In this document: positions 33,786-42,868 of the stretch, one piece after another
Numbering within the stretch: position 1 is the stretch's first letter
Layout: each line of letters begins with the position of its first letter
Origin: Clostridia bacterium
GTDB taxonomy: Bacteria > Bacillota > Clostridia > Oscillospirales > CAG-272
Length of the DNA: 64,000 nucleotides
Reading direction: 5' to 3'
Assembly: GCA_017504785.1 (NCBI GenBank)
Contig: JAFVQL010000078.1
Coordinates: 1,388-65,387 of the forward strand
The notes under the pieces: model-generated
Seen by the model: the letters and a program-made list of their open reading frames with translations, nothing else
Database searches by the model: none
What the model was told of the DNA's origin: nothing
Translations under genes and position numbers: made by a program

Positions 33786-35924
33786 TTAGTCAACGTTCTT
33801 TACGAAATCCTCTGCACCGTTAAGGGTGTAAGATCCGGTAGGAAGAACGGGCTGTGCGGAATCATTGTCCCAATCGCTGCCAGAAACAACGACCTCATAA
33901 CCGAAGGCATTGGTGGCGCCCAAGGCGTTCTCACCTTCGAAGGTTGCGATGTAACCGGTGGCGGTCATATTACGGATGAGAACGGGAACAAATGCCTCAA
34001 CCGTGCAATTTTTAACAGAAAGCGAGTAGTTGTTTACCTCACCCTGATGTCTTATACCGTAGCCACCGTTAGCAACGGATTCAATTTCGGTATTGGTGAT
34101 AATAGCGTTGAAGGTGTTGTTGAAGGAAACACCGTTCTTGCCGTTTACAACCCGGCATCCGTCAACGGTAATAGCAACGGAGTCGACGCCGCAAGAGTTT
34201 GCCTGCATAAGGGTGTGCATGTTGGTAGCAACGCAGTTGATTACAGAAATATTGTAAGCCTGCTGAACCTTAACACCAACGTATGCGTGCTCTGCCTCCG
34301 AGCCTGCAACGGCGGTAAACGTGCAGTTCTCGACTCTTACGTTGTGCGCGTATCTGATGAACGAACCGTTGGTACTATCATTGGACCAAACGAAAGCATC
34401 GTGTCCGCTTGCGGATTTTTTGTTGCTTGTCACAAAATTAACGTTTTTGATAACAAGGCTGTCATCTTCCGCACCGTCAAAGTCGGAGTTGCCGTGAACC
34501 TGGATCGTTCCGTCAAACTTGTAGCCGCAACCGTTGATTACAACGTCAACGTCAGAAGCGCCGGGCTGTGTTGCGGTAACGCAGCCGGTGATATCGTTTG
34601 CAAAGTTGATAAAGTTGGTTTGGCCTGCAACGGCGCTGTCAAGTGCTGCCTGAAGCTCATCCGCATTGTGAACGACCTTAATGTTAGAGGTGCTCTCATT
34701 CTTTACGGGGAAGGTGTACTTGAAGGAGCCAACGGTGATGTATTCGCCGGTCTCTTCATTTGCCGAACCGCTCTCTGCGTCCCAAGGACGAGTGGTCTCA
34801 TACAAACGAAGCTCAACGGTAAGCGTAGTGCCTGCGTTTGCGCCGGTCAGGTCGATCGCGCCGCACTGGAAGCCCTTGCCGTCGTTACCGTAATTACAGA
34901 TCTCTTCCCAGTTTACGCTGATAGAGCCACCGCCCATAGACTCAACAAGACGAATTTCTGTATTTGCAGCAATATCAACATCGGCAGTCAGAGCGATCCA
35001 ATTACCGTTAGCAATTGGCAATTCGCACCACGCAGCATAGTAGCCTGCAAGTGCCATGGAGTTTGCGGGAACGCTGCTGTCAGCGCTAACAACGAAATCC
35101 GCATGCCAGTATCTGTACAAGGAATTTTGTGCATCCTGATAGGATACGGTGGGTTCAAACTTATAACCGGTATCAAGGGCTGCGTCCACCGATTCACCGC
35201 CAAAGTTAAGCAAATAGGAAATATTGAGATCATCAAGCTCTCTTACAAGAGCGGAGGGAACTGCCTCATTAGGAATATTTGTAGGAGCGTTGAAGTCCCC
35301 CTCGCCGGATGCCTGCATTGCAAGGAGCTGAAGAGAGAAGGTGCAGCCAAGATCCATGCCCTCGTACTCGTTATCTGCGTTCTCTTTCATCTTCATAACG
35401 AGAGTATAGAGATCCGCCGCTTCGCCTGCCTTGATAGTTCCATTGATCTCCTTGGCAAGATTTTTTTGGGTTCCGAGAACCTCGGTCAGCGTGCCGATGG
35501 GATCCATCGTGGCAAAATCTGCATGGGTGAGAGCCTTCACCTCGTTGCCGGAAAGCACGTAAACGTCGATCTGGTCAGCCAGCTTTGAAACAACCCCGTC
35601 GGTCACGATACGCATCTGGTAGTTGAGATCCAGCGTGCCGTCGTTGCTGATCTTGAGGTGCTTTGCTACTGCGTAGCCGGGCCTCCAATTCTCGTAATCG
35701 AAGAGAGCGCCCTCGACGTTTGTCCAGCTTGCGGCGGAAGGATCTTGGGTACCGTCTGCCCACTGGAAGCCTACTGTAAGCTTACCGCTCTTGATAACGT
35801 TTCCTTCGCTGGAAACGGAATCGGTAAACCACGCGAAGGTTGTTCCGAGCAACATGGTAAAGCAGAGAAGCATCGCCATGATGCTGGTGAAAAGTGCGCG
35901 CTTTGTGGATTGGGTGTTAGTCAT
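33786..35924 (-). CDS. Large secreted protein: SipW-dependent (TasA/camelysin-type) signal peptide and N-domain fused to a parallel beta-helix region
   Basis: 712 aa. The N-terminus ...AMLLCFTMLLGTTFAWFTDSVSSEGNVIKSGKLTV is the TasA-family signal/cleavage context. The C-terminal third has repetitive N/G/V-rich turns (...VINCVATNMHTLMQANSCGVDSVAITVDGCRVVNGKNGVSFNNTFNAIITNTEIE...) typical of right-handed beta-helices. Confidence 0.7.
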   Translation of the reverse strand: MTNTQSTKRALFTSIMAMLLCFTMLLGTTFAWFTDSVSSEGNVIKSGKLTVGFQWADGTQDPSAASWTNVEGALFDYENWRPGYAVAKHLKISNDGTLDLNYQMRIVTDGVVSKLADQIDVYVLSGNEVKALTHADFATMDPIGTLTEVLGTQKNLAKEINGTIKAGEAADLYTLVMKMKENADNEYEGMDLGCTFSLQLLAMQASGEGDFNAPTNIPNEAVPSALVRELDDLNISYLLNFGGESVDAALDTGYKFEPTVSYQDAQNSLYRYWHADFVVSADSSVPANSMALAGYYAAWCELPIANGNWIALTADVDIAANTEIRLVESMGGGSISVNWEEICNYGNDGKGFQCGAIDLTGANAGTTLTVELRLYETTRPWDAESGSANEETGEYITVGSFKYTFPVKNESTSNIKVVHNADELQAALDSAVAGQTNFINFANDITGCVTATQPGASDVDVVINGCGYKFDGTIQVHGNSDFDGAEDDSLVIKNVNFVTSNKKSASGHDAFVWSNDSTNGSFIRYAHNVRVENCTFTAVAGSEAEHAYVGVKVQQAYNISVINCVATNMHTLMQANSCGVDSVAITVDGCRVVNGKNGVSFNNTFNAIITNTEIESVANGGYGIRHQGEVNNYSLSVKNCTVEAFVPVLIRNMTATGYIATFEGENALGATNAFGYEVVVSGSDWDNDSAQPVLPTGSYTLNGAEDFVKNVD

Positions 35925-36175
35925 TTTTTTACCTCCTGAATAAAAATTAATAGACTTTAGACTAACTGCGAATACACAACTGTGGATAAAAAATAAAATT
36001 ATACCCCGAGTGTACCTGCATTATAACAAATTTAAAGAAAATTGTCAACTGTTAAATTTACTAAAAAAAGGAGAAACACGCGCTTTTCATAATTTGCTTA
36101 AAAATATTATATAAAATTATATAAATTATTTTTAAAAATAATGCATAAGGATTTGTGCAATATTTTATAAAAAAT

Positions 36176-36204
36176 GGGGAAGGGAGATTTTTTCTCCCTT
36201 CCCC
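36176..36204. terminator. Bidirectional intrinsic terminator
   Basis: GGGGAAGGGAGA-TTTTT-TCTCCCTTCCCC. On the - strand it is followed by ATTTTTTAT, so it terminates the 36224-36883 gene. Confidence 0.8.
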
Positions 36205-36223
36205 TTGGCTTTTGCCGCGTGGA

Positions 36224-36883
36224 TTACGTTTTGTCCTCAAATTCAATATCCGTCAGCATCTCTTCCTTCTTTTCCTTGCGGAAAAAGCCCGAGATCTTTT
36301 CCTTGATTCCAAGGGCGGCGTCCGCCGCGCGCGTGGGGATCGCGCCGATTTTTTCCTTTGCCTCCTTGAATGCCTCCGCGCCGCTTTGCACCTTGGCGAT
36401 CGTAGCGCGCAGAAATTCGCTTTCCTCCACGGCCGCATCCAAAAGGGTCTCAAGGTAGCATCTTGCGAGAAAGGCAACAAGCTCGCCGAGGGCTTGAATG
36501 ATAAGCGCCAACACCGCGAAGATCAAAAGGATAAGGGAGAGCACAGGGATTTCTGCCGGCTCTGTGATGTAGAGAGAGTAGAGCACAAGAGAAATTGAAA
36601 CGATATGTACACAATACTTTGCATATCTAACAAACAATCGCACGAAACGGTGCACCTTCACACTTCTGAAATTCTTTGGCGTTTCCGTGAAAAGAAAGAA
36701 AATCAGGGCCGCTGCGGTGAGTGCGAGCAGAGTGGCGTAAACGCCCGCATAGCCAAAGGAAAGCGCGAGAGCGCAGACGTAGTAAAGCACGAAAAAGCAC
36801 TGCGTGAAAAGTGTTGCAAAGTAGCCGAATGCCTTGGCGTCCGAAATAAGCTTTTTCGCTTCTTCGATCGTTTTTGTAAACAT
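36224..36883 (-). CDS. Hypothetical membrane protein
   Basis: 219 aa with 4 hydrophobic helices in the N-terminal two thirds and an amphipathic charged C-terminus. I chose it over the antisense ORF 36155-36598. Confidence 0.6.
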   Translation of the reverse strand: MFTKTIEEAKKLISDAKAFGYFATLFTQCFFVLYYVCALALSFGYAGVYATLLALTAAALIFFLFTETPKNFRSVKVHRFVRLFVRYAKYCVHIVSISLVLYSLYITEPAEIPVLSLILLIFAVLALIIQALGELVAFLARCYLETLLDAAVEESEFLRATIAKVQSGAEAFKEAKEKIGAIPTRAADAALGIKEKISGFFRKEKKEEMLTDIEFEDKT

Positions 36884-37243
36884 AGTGATCCTCCTTCAGA
36901 GTCAAAAAACTCGTTTTCATCTTGCGTTTTATGGGCGAAAGGCAAGGAAGCCGTTTCTCTGCCTCTCGAAATAAAAACGCAAGGGTATTATATCACGCCG
37001 AGGGGAAAAAATCAAGTGCCTCGGGGGGCATCTCTCGCTTTTCATGCTCCCGCGTTTTTTGCTTTTTCTCCGACCCGAAAAGCATCGCGCGCCGTAATGG
37101 GCGAAAAATGCATTGTCAAAACCAACAAAAAGCATTGATATATATGACGAAAACGCCATTTTTCTATTTACAAAGGAAGCGAGTTGTGGTATAGTATTCA
37201 AGTAATATTTTAAATGTTCTTTCTGAAGAACGAGGAGGAAAAT

Positions 37244-39172
37244 ATGGAGCAAATGAACGAAAGAATGGGTGCGCGCATTTTAAAGGATGTCAGCGCTCGC
37301 TTTAAAAAAGGGGAGCATCCCCGTCTGATCCTCACCGCCGCCGATTTTGAGCGGCTTAAGAAAAACCGCGAGGTTGGGGATTATAAGATCATGCTCGATA
37401 ACGTGATGGCGAATGCGGATGTATTTTTGACTCTGCCGCTTCCCGAGTACTCGATCCCGGACGGCATTCGCCTGCTCGGCACGTCGCACCGCGTTGAAGA
37501 CCGCTTGAAGCATCTTGCGATGGCATACCGCTTGACGGGCGAGAAGAAGTACGCAGACCGTGCCGCAGAGATCGTGGGTGCCGTGAGTGCCTTTCCCGAT
37601 TTCAACCCCTCGCACTTTCTCGACTGTGCGATCATCTGCAACGGCCTTGCCTTTGCGTACGACTGGCTGTATGATGCGTTGGATGAAAGCACCAAGACGC
37701 TGTTGCGCCACACCCTCTTTGAGAAGGGCTTTAAGCGCGTGATGGAGGAATATACCAATGCACCCGAGCATAAGGATTGCATCAAGCCGAATCGCGGCTA
37801 CCGCTGGTATCAGGATAAGCCGGGCGATAACTGGAAGTTACTTTGCAACGGCTCCTTCACGCTTGCCGTTCTCGCAGTCTTTGATGACGAGGCGTGCGAT
37901 ATGTACGAGCCGATCCTCTCCTGTGCCTTTGAGGATTCCTTCACTGCCGTCAGAGCCTTCTATCATCCCGTGGACGGCTCGTATTCCGAGGGCCCTCGCT
38001 ATTGGTCCTACGCTACGGAATATCTTTCCCAGCAGATCAGCGCATATCTTTCTGCCGCAGGCACGGAGTACGGCATGACCGACTGGATCGGTCTGAAAAA
38101 ATCGCCTTATGCCGCCCTCGCGCTTTCCTCGCCCGATCTCACGGGATTCAACTTCGGCGATGCGCCTGCCGCGAAGATCAATACGGTGCTTCTCCCTTGG
38201 TATCAGAAGATGTTTGGCGATAAGGGACTTGCCGAGGTGCGTAATAAGGAGATCCGCTTTGACGGCGGTAGGACCTATGACGTTTGGTGGGAAACGCCCA
38301 ATATCGCTCCGAGACTCGTCAGCCTGACCGACGTTATGTGGTATGAGGAGAGGGAGGAGCAGGCTCTTGATAAACTGCCGCTTTCCTTCGGCGGTGTCGG
38401 CTGTGATAACGCCTCCTTCCGTACCGATGCTTCGGAAAACGCCTTCTATGCCGCCGTGCATTTTGCGAAGAATAACGTTTACCACGGCCATAACGATATG
38501 GGTACCTTCGTGATGAATATTGGCAAAAAGCGCTTTTTCTTGGATCTCGGCGCGGATAACTATAACCTTAAACCCTACCGTGACGCCTACCGCTTCCGCG
38601 CGGAGGGACACAATACGCTCGTTTTCAATCCCGAAACGGGCAAGGATAACGAAATGATGGCCGCCTGCACCACGGCGCGCTTTGCCGACGGGGAAGAGAG
38701 CAGTTATGCGATCGCGGATATGTCCGAGGCATTCCCCGAAAAGCACGTAAACCGCGGCATGAAGATGCTCCGCAAAAGCGGCAGCGTGATCTTGCAGGAT
38801 GAGATCGAATGCGTAGCGGAGGATACGGTGCGCTGGTCGGCGCACACGCCCGCGGCGATCCGCCTTTACGAGAGCGGTAAGGCCGCCGTCTTGGATATTG
38901 ACGGCGTGAAGATGTACGTCGCGCTTTTGACGGACGGATGCTTCACCGTGCGTGCCGCCGTACCCGATGTGTATTCTCCGATCCCTGCACCCGCGCTCGG
39001 ATCGTCCAACGGTGAACCGAAGCCGCAGGCAGAGAATTCCGGCGTGCAGAAGCTCGAGATCCATCTTTCGGGCAAGGATGCACATCGCATTGCCGTTTGG
39101 TTCTATCCGTTGACGGATGGCCGCGCGATTCCCGCCGAAAAGCCCGAGGTCAAGCCTCTTTGCGACTGGTAA
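37244..39172 (+). CDS. Heparinase II/III-family protein (polysaccharide lyase-like), apparently cytoplasmic
   Basis: ATG at 37244 after AGGAGG. The sequence ...YHGHNDMGTFVMNIGKKRFFLDLGADNY...FRAEGHNTLVF... matches the heparinase II/III C-terminal signature. The N-terminal alpha/alpha-toroid-like region has no signal peptide. Confidence 0.7.
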   Translation: MEQMNERMGARILKDVSARFKKGEHPRLILTAADFERLKKNREVGDYKIMLDNVMANADVFLTLPLPEYSIPDGIRLLGTSHRVEDRLKHLAMAYRLTGEKKYADRAAEIVGAVSAFPDFNPSHFLDCAIICNGLAFAYDWLYDALDESTKTLLRHTLFEKGFKRVMEEYTNAPEHKDCIKPNRGYRWYQDKPGDNWKLLCNGSFTLAVLAVFDDEACDMYEPILSCAFEDSFTAVRAFYHPVDGSYSEGPRYWSYATEYLSQQISAYLSAAGTEYGMTDWIGLKKSPYAALALSSPDLTGFNFGDAPAAKINTVLLPWYQKMFGDKGLAEVRNKEIRFDGGRTYDVWWETPNIAPRLVSLTDVMWYEEREEQALDKLPLSFGGVGCDNASFRTDASENAFYAAVHFAKNNVYHGHNDMGTFVMNIGKKRFFLDLGADNYNLKPYRDAYRFRAEGHNTLVFNPETGKDNEMMAACTTARFADGEESSYAIADMSEAFPEKHVNRGMKMLRKSGSVILQDEIECVAEDTVRWSAHTPAAIRLYESGKAAVLDIDGVKMYVALLTDGCFTVRAAVPDVYSPIPAPALGSSNGEPKPQAENSGVQKLEIHLSGKDAHRIAVWFYPLTDGRAIPAEKPEVKPLCDW

Positions 39173-39265
39173 GGCTTTTGTGCCATAACGATATTATAAT
39201 GTTATAACGATTTGGGAATTGCAGATATCACCCGAGGGGATATCGAAGGAAAAGGAGTGTCTAAA

Positions 39266-40717
39266 ATGAATGGCGAATTAAGCTGGAATTTTTCACTGGC
39301 AAATTACGGGCCGGTCTGGTCGTTTATGGTTCAGCTCGGGCTTCTGCTTTTGTTTTTGCTTGTCGGTAATATTTTGAGAAGAAAGATCGCGATCTTTCGC
39401 AAGGGCCTCGTGCCCTCTGCCTTGCTCGGCGGAACGGTTCTGCTTTTGCTGAATATCATCATGAAAAATGCGTTCGGCGCCCCCATAGTGGATAAGCAGC
39501 TGATGCAGGTGATCACCTATCACTGCCTCGCGATCGGCTTTGCGGCAATGACCTTAAAGACCGAGCGCTGCACGCATAAAACACAGCGCGTGCAGGTGGT
39601 TGAATTCGGTGCTCTGCAGGGCGGTACGTATATGCTTCAGGCCTTCGTCGGCCTCGGTATCACGCTTTTGATGTTCTTTTTCACCACGGGCTCGGGTGGC
39701 AAGGTGATCTCCTATATCTGCGGTCTGATCCTTCCTCTCGCGTTTGGACAGGGCCCCGGCAATGCCTTGAGCTGGGATATCAACTTCACGAATACGCCTG
39801 CGGCGCAGTTTGCGGGTCATGGCAGCTTCGGCCTTTCGCTTGCCTCGATCGGCTTCGTGGTTGCATCCGTGTTCGGCGTGCTGTATATTAATATCCAGAA
39901 GAGAACGGGCGGTCTCAAGATCCGTAGCGGCAGACCCGCGGATGCGCTGGAGGCGCAGTGTGAGCAGGACGAGATCCCCGACAATGAATCCGTCGATAAG
40001 TTCACTTTGCAGCTCGGCTTCGTCGCACTTGCCTATGCGCTTTCCTTCGGCTTTATGTGCCTTCTCGCTGTCATCTCGGATTTCACGAACAGCATCGCAT
40101 GGGGCTTTAACTTCCTCTGGGCATCGCTTGCCGCCATGCTGATCAAGGTGGTCGTGAAAAGACTTCGCAAGCATAAGCTCATGCACCGCGGCTATATCAA
40201 TAACTATCAGATGGACCGCATCTCGGGCTTTGCCTTTGACCTTATGATCGTTGCGGGTGTTGCCGCGATCGAGATCAACGATATCCGCGACTATATCCTT
40301 CCCATCGTCATTCTCGGCGCGGTGGGCGCATTGATCACCTATGTTTATATTCGCTTGGTCGCAAAGGAGTGCTTCAAGGGCTTTGAGCACGAGTTCTTCC
40401 TGATGAGCTACGGAACGCTGACGGGAACGGCCTCGAACGGTATGATCCTCATCAAGGAGATCGACCCCGCGCTTCGCACCCCGACCTCCAGCCTCTACAT
40501 TCTCTCCAATTTTCCTGCCATGGTCATGATCGCGCCGCTGCTTCTGCTTCTTGGCTTTGCGGGGAAATCGCTGACGAATGCGATCATCGCCTGTGCGATC
40601 TTCTTCTTCCTTTGGCTCGTTTATACCTTATTCCTCTTCCGCAGAAGGATCTTTAAGAAGCATTATAAGGATAAGAGTGTTCCCATATGGAAGGACGAGG
40701 CGGAAAGCGAAGAATAA
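39266..40717 (+). CDS. Sodium/glutamate symporter (GltS/ESS family)-like transporter
   Basis: ATG at 39266 after AAAGGAG. It has about 10-12 TM helices. The N-terminus ...LLLFLLVGNILRRKIAIFRKGLVPSALLGG... and the late ...SYGTLTGTASNGMILIKEIDP... resemble GltS. It is longer than canonical GltS. Confidence 0.55.
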   Translation: MNGELSWNFSLANYGPVWSFMVQLGLLLLFLLVGNILRRKIAIFRKGLVPSALLGGTVLLLLNIIMKNAFGAPIVDKQLMQVITYHCLAIGFAAMTLKTERCTHKTQRVQVVEFGALQGGTYMLQAFVGLGITLLMFFFTTGSGGKVISYICGLILPLAFGQGPGNALSWDINFTNTPAAQFAGHGSFGLSLASIGFVVASVFGVLYINIQKRTGGLKIRSGRPADALEAQCEQDEIPDNESVDKFTLQLGFVALAYALSFGFMCLLAVISDFTNSIAWGFNFLWASLAAMLIKVVVKRLRKHKLMHRGYINNYQMDRISGFAFDLMIVAGVAAIEINDIRDYILPIVILGAVGALITYVYIRLVAKECFKGFEHEFFLMSYGTLTGTASNGMILIKEIDPALRTPTSSLYILSNFPAMVMIAPLLLLLGFAGKSLTNAIIACAIFFFLWLVYTLFLFRRRIFKKHYKDKSVPIWKDEAESEE

Positions 40718-40734
40718 TGAAACGCATTAAAAAA

Positions 40735-40772
40735 GAACAGAAAACGCTTCCGTTTTCTGTTCTTCTTTTTTT
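40735..40772. terminator. Bidirectional intrinsic terminator between convergent genes
   Basis: GAACAGAAAACG-CTTC-CGTTTTCTGTTC is flanked by an A-run and TTCTTTTTTT. Confidence 0.85.
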
Positions 40773-40796
40773 GTATTTTGTGTTTCGGCTCTTTTT

Positions 40797-42167
40797 TTAA
40801 ATATCCTCTGCGAGCGTTCGCCGCTTCTCCCATTTTCCGCTGATAAAGTAGAGAAGGGAGGGAATGGCGTAGCCATAGGGCGCAAGGCCGTAGCCAAGCA
40901 CGAAGCCAAAGAATCCAAGGTCAAGAAAAATTCCGAAAAGCCACGAAAGCCCGATGCGGAGCACGACACCGTCGAGGATCGCAAGCACCATGCCGAGCTT
41001 TGCGTTGCCGATGCCCTGAATGAAAGCACCGCTGCCGCGCATGAGCGCAAAGGCGGGGAACATCCAGAGGATCGCGCGGATAAATTCGCCGGACATACCG
41101 TGCACCAGCGGGTCGTCTGAGAAGACCATGAAGAGCCTTGTGCCGACCGTCAGATACAGCGTCATGAAGAAGATCGTGAGGGCCACGGAGTAGATGGTGG
41201 CAAAAAGAACCACCTTTTTTGCTCTCCCGTTTTTGCCTGCGCCGATGTTCTGGCTGATCATCGGAACGGCAGCATACTGTATTCCTTGTGAAATTTTGTT
41301 TACAATATCGTCGATTCTGACGCCGACGCCGAAGGTCGCGGAGGCAACAACGCCAACGTCGTTGATCAAGGCATTGACCACGAGCATCGAAAGATTAATG
41401 CAGCCGGATTGAATGGCCATCGGCGTTCCGATCGCGGCGATCATGCGCGTGTATCTGCGCTTTGGAATGAAGCTGTCCTTATCGAATTCGAAGCCGAACT
41501 CTGCGCGCTTGCGGTAAAGATAATAGAGAGAAAAGAGAAAGGAAACGGCTTGGCCGATGATCGTCGCCCATGCCGCGCCCGCAACGCCCCAGCCGAAAAT
41601 GCCGGTGAAAAGAATATCCAAAACGAGGTTAACGGCGGAAGCAATTCCGATAAAGAGGAAGGGGCGCTTCGCATCTCCCATGCCGCGAAGCACGGCGGAA
41701 ACGAGGTTGTAGCCCGCGGTAAAGATCAGTCCCGCCCCGCAGATCACAAGATACTGTCTTGCCATCTCGAAGGATTCCATAGGCACCTTGATGAGGCGCA
41801 AAATGAGATTTTGCCCGCCGAGGATCGCCGCTGAAAGCGCGAGCGAGAGAAGGGAAACAAAGGTGAAGAGCGTGCCGATTATATCCGTCATTTCCCGCTT
41901 TTTCCCTGCGCCGAGCGCCTGTGCCAAAAGCACCTGTCCCGCGTTGGAAAATCCAAGGCACACCATGGATGCGAAGTTGATGATCTGGCTGGATAGAGAA
42001 ACGGCGGAAAGTCCGGGCGTGCCGACGCATTTGCCGACGATGATCATGTCGATCGTGCTGTAAAATACGAGCAATGCGTTGGATGCCATGAATGGCAGCG
42101 CGAAAAGGAGCATTTGTCTTGCTATGCTGCCTTCCGTGAAGCTTTTTTGTAATTCTTTCGTTCTCAT
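40797..42167 (-). CDS. MATE-family efflux transporter
   Basis: 456 aa with 12 TM helices. The N-terminus ...SIARQMLLFALPFMASNALLVFYSTIDMIIVGK... is typical of MATE/NorM-like proteins. Confidence 0.88.
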   Translation of the reverse strand: MRTKELQKSFTEGSIARQMLLFALPFMASNALLVFYSTIDMIIVGKCVGTPGLSAVSLSSQIINFASMVCLGFSNAGQVLLAQALGAGKKREMTDIIGTLFTFVSLLSLALSAAILGGQNLILRLIKVPMESFEMARQYLVICGAGLIFTAGYNLVSAVLRGMGDAKRPFLFIGIASAVNLVLDILFTGIFGWGVAGAAWATIIGQAVSFLFSLYYLYRKRAEFGFEFDKDSFIPKRRYTRMIAAIGTPMAIQSGCINLSMLVVNALINDVGVVASATFGVGVRIDDIVNKISQGIQYAAVPMISQNIGAGKNGRAKKVVLFATIYSVALTIFFMTLYLTVGTRLFMVFSDDPLVHGMSGEFIRAILWMFPAFALMRGSGAFIQGIGNAKLGMVLAILDGVVLRIGLSWLFGIFLDLGFFGFVLGYGLAPYGYAIPSLLYFISGKWEKRRTLAEDI

Positions 42168-42292
42168 TTTTTAATTAAAGCCTTGACATGTCTTTGCGGC
42201 ATCTCGGAGAGGTTGCCCGCTTGGGTTTCAATAAAAACTGTGCGCTGTTTTGCAAACATGCTTTGTTTCTCCTTGCAAATCTGTTTTTGCTT

Positions 42293-42868
42293 TTACTTGC
42301 CTGCCAGCGCATAGCCGCGAAGGAAAGCCTCGCGGTTGATCGCCACGGTCTTTTGCGGCACGGTGGATTCCACGGTTTCGAGCCAAAGTGCCTCATCAAA
42401 GCCGATAAATCTTGCGGCAAAGCCGAGCACCGCGGAGTTGAGCACCTTCGCGTTTTTCAGCTCAAGCGCGATTCCACGGCCGTCCAGGGTATAAACCGCG
42501 TGCTCTTTTTTGAGGCATTCGATAATATTTTCGGGATACGCCTTCGCGCCGATCACCACGGTCATGGGATCGATGCGGCAGTCGTTGACGATGAGAACGC
42601 CGTCCTTTTTGAGGAAATGCGCGTAGCGCTGTGCCTCGAGTCTTTCAAACGCGATCACAACGTCGGCCTGGCCTTCTTCCACGACCGGCTCGTAAACGCT
42701 TTCGCCAAAGCGAACGAAGGTAACCACGCTGCCGCCGCGCTGTGCCATACCGTGCACCTCGGAGATCTTCACGTCAAGGCCTGCGGCGAGCGCGGCGCGG
42801 CCGATAATTCTGCTTGTGAGCAGCGTGCCCTGTCCGCCAACGCCCACGATCATAATATTCTTTGTCAT
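42293..42868 (-). CDS. iorB: Indolepyruvate:ferredoxin oxidoreductase subunit beta
   Basis: 191 aa, NIMIVGVGGQGTLLTSRIIG..., with a 4-nt overlap with iorA. Confidence 0.85.
   Translation of the reverse strand: MTKNIMIVGVGGQGTLLTSRIIGRAALAAGLDVKISEVHGMAQRGGSVVTFVRFGESVYEPVVEEGQADVVIAFERLEAQRYAHFLKKDGVLIVNDCRIDPMTVVIGAKAYPENIIECLKKEHAVYTLDGRGIALELKNAKVLNSAVLGFAARFIGFDEALWLETVESTVPQKTVAINREAFLRGYALAGK

Noticed and set aside
34047-35588. 513-aa + strand ORF inside the 712-aa secreted-protein gene
   Set aside because: The - strand frame has a bona fide TasA-type signal peptide, an RBS (GGAGG) and sensible composition. The + strand product is Cys/Val/Asn-rich with no start context.
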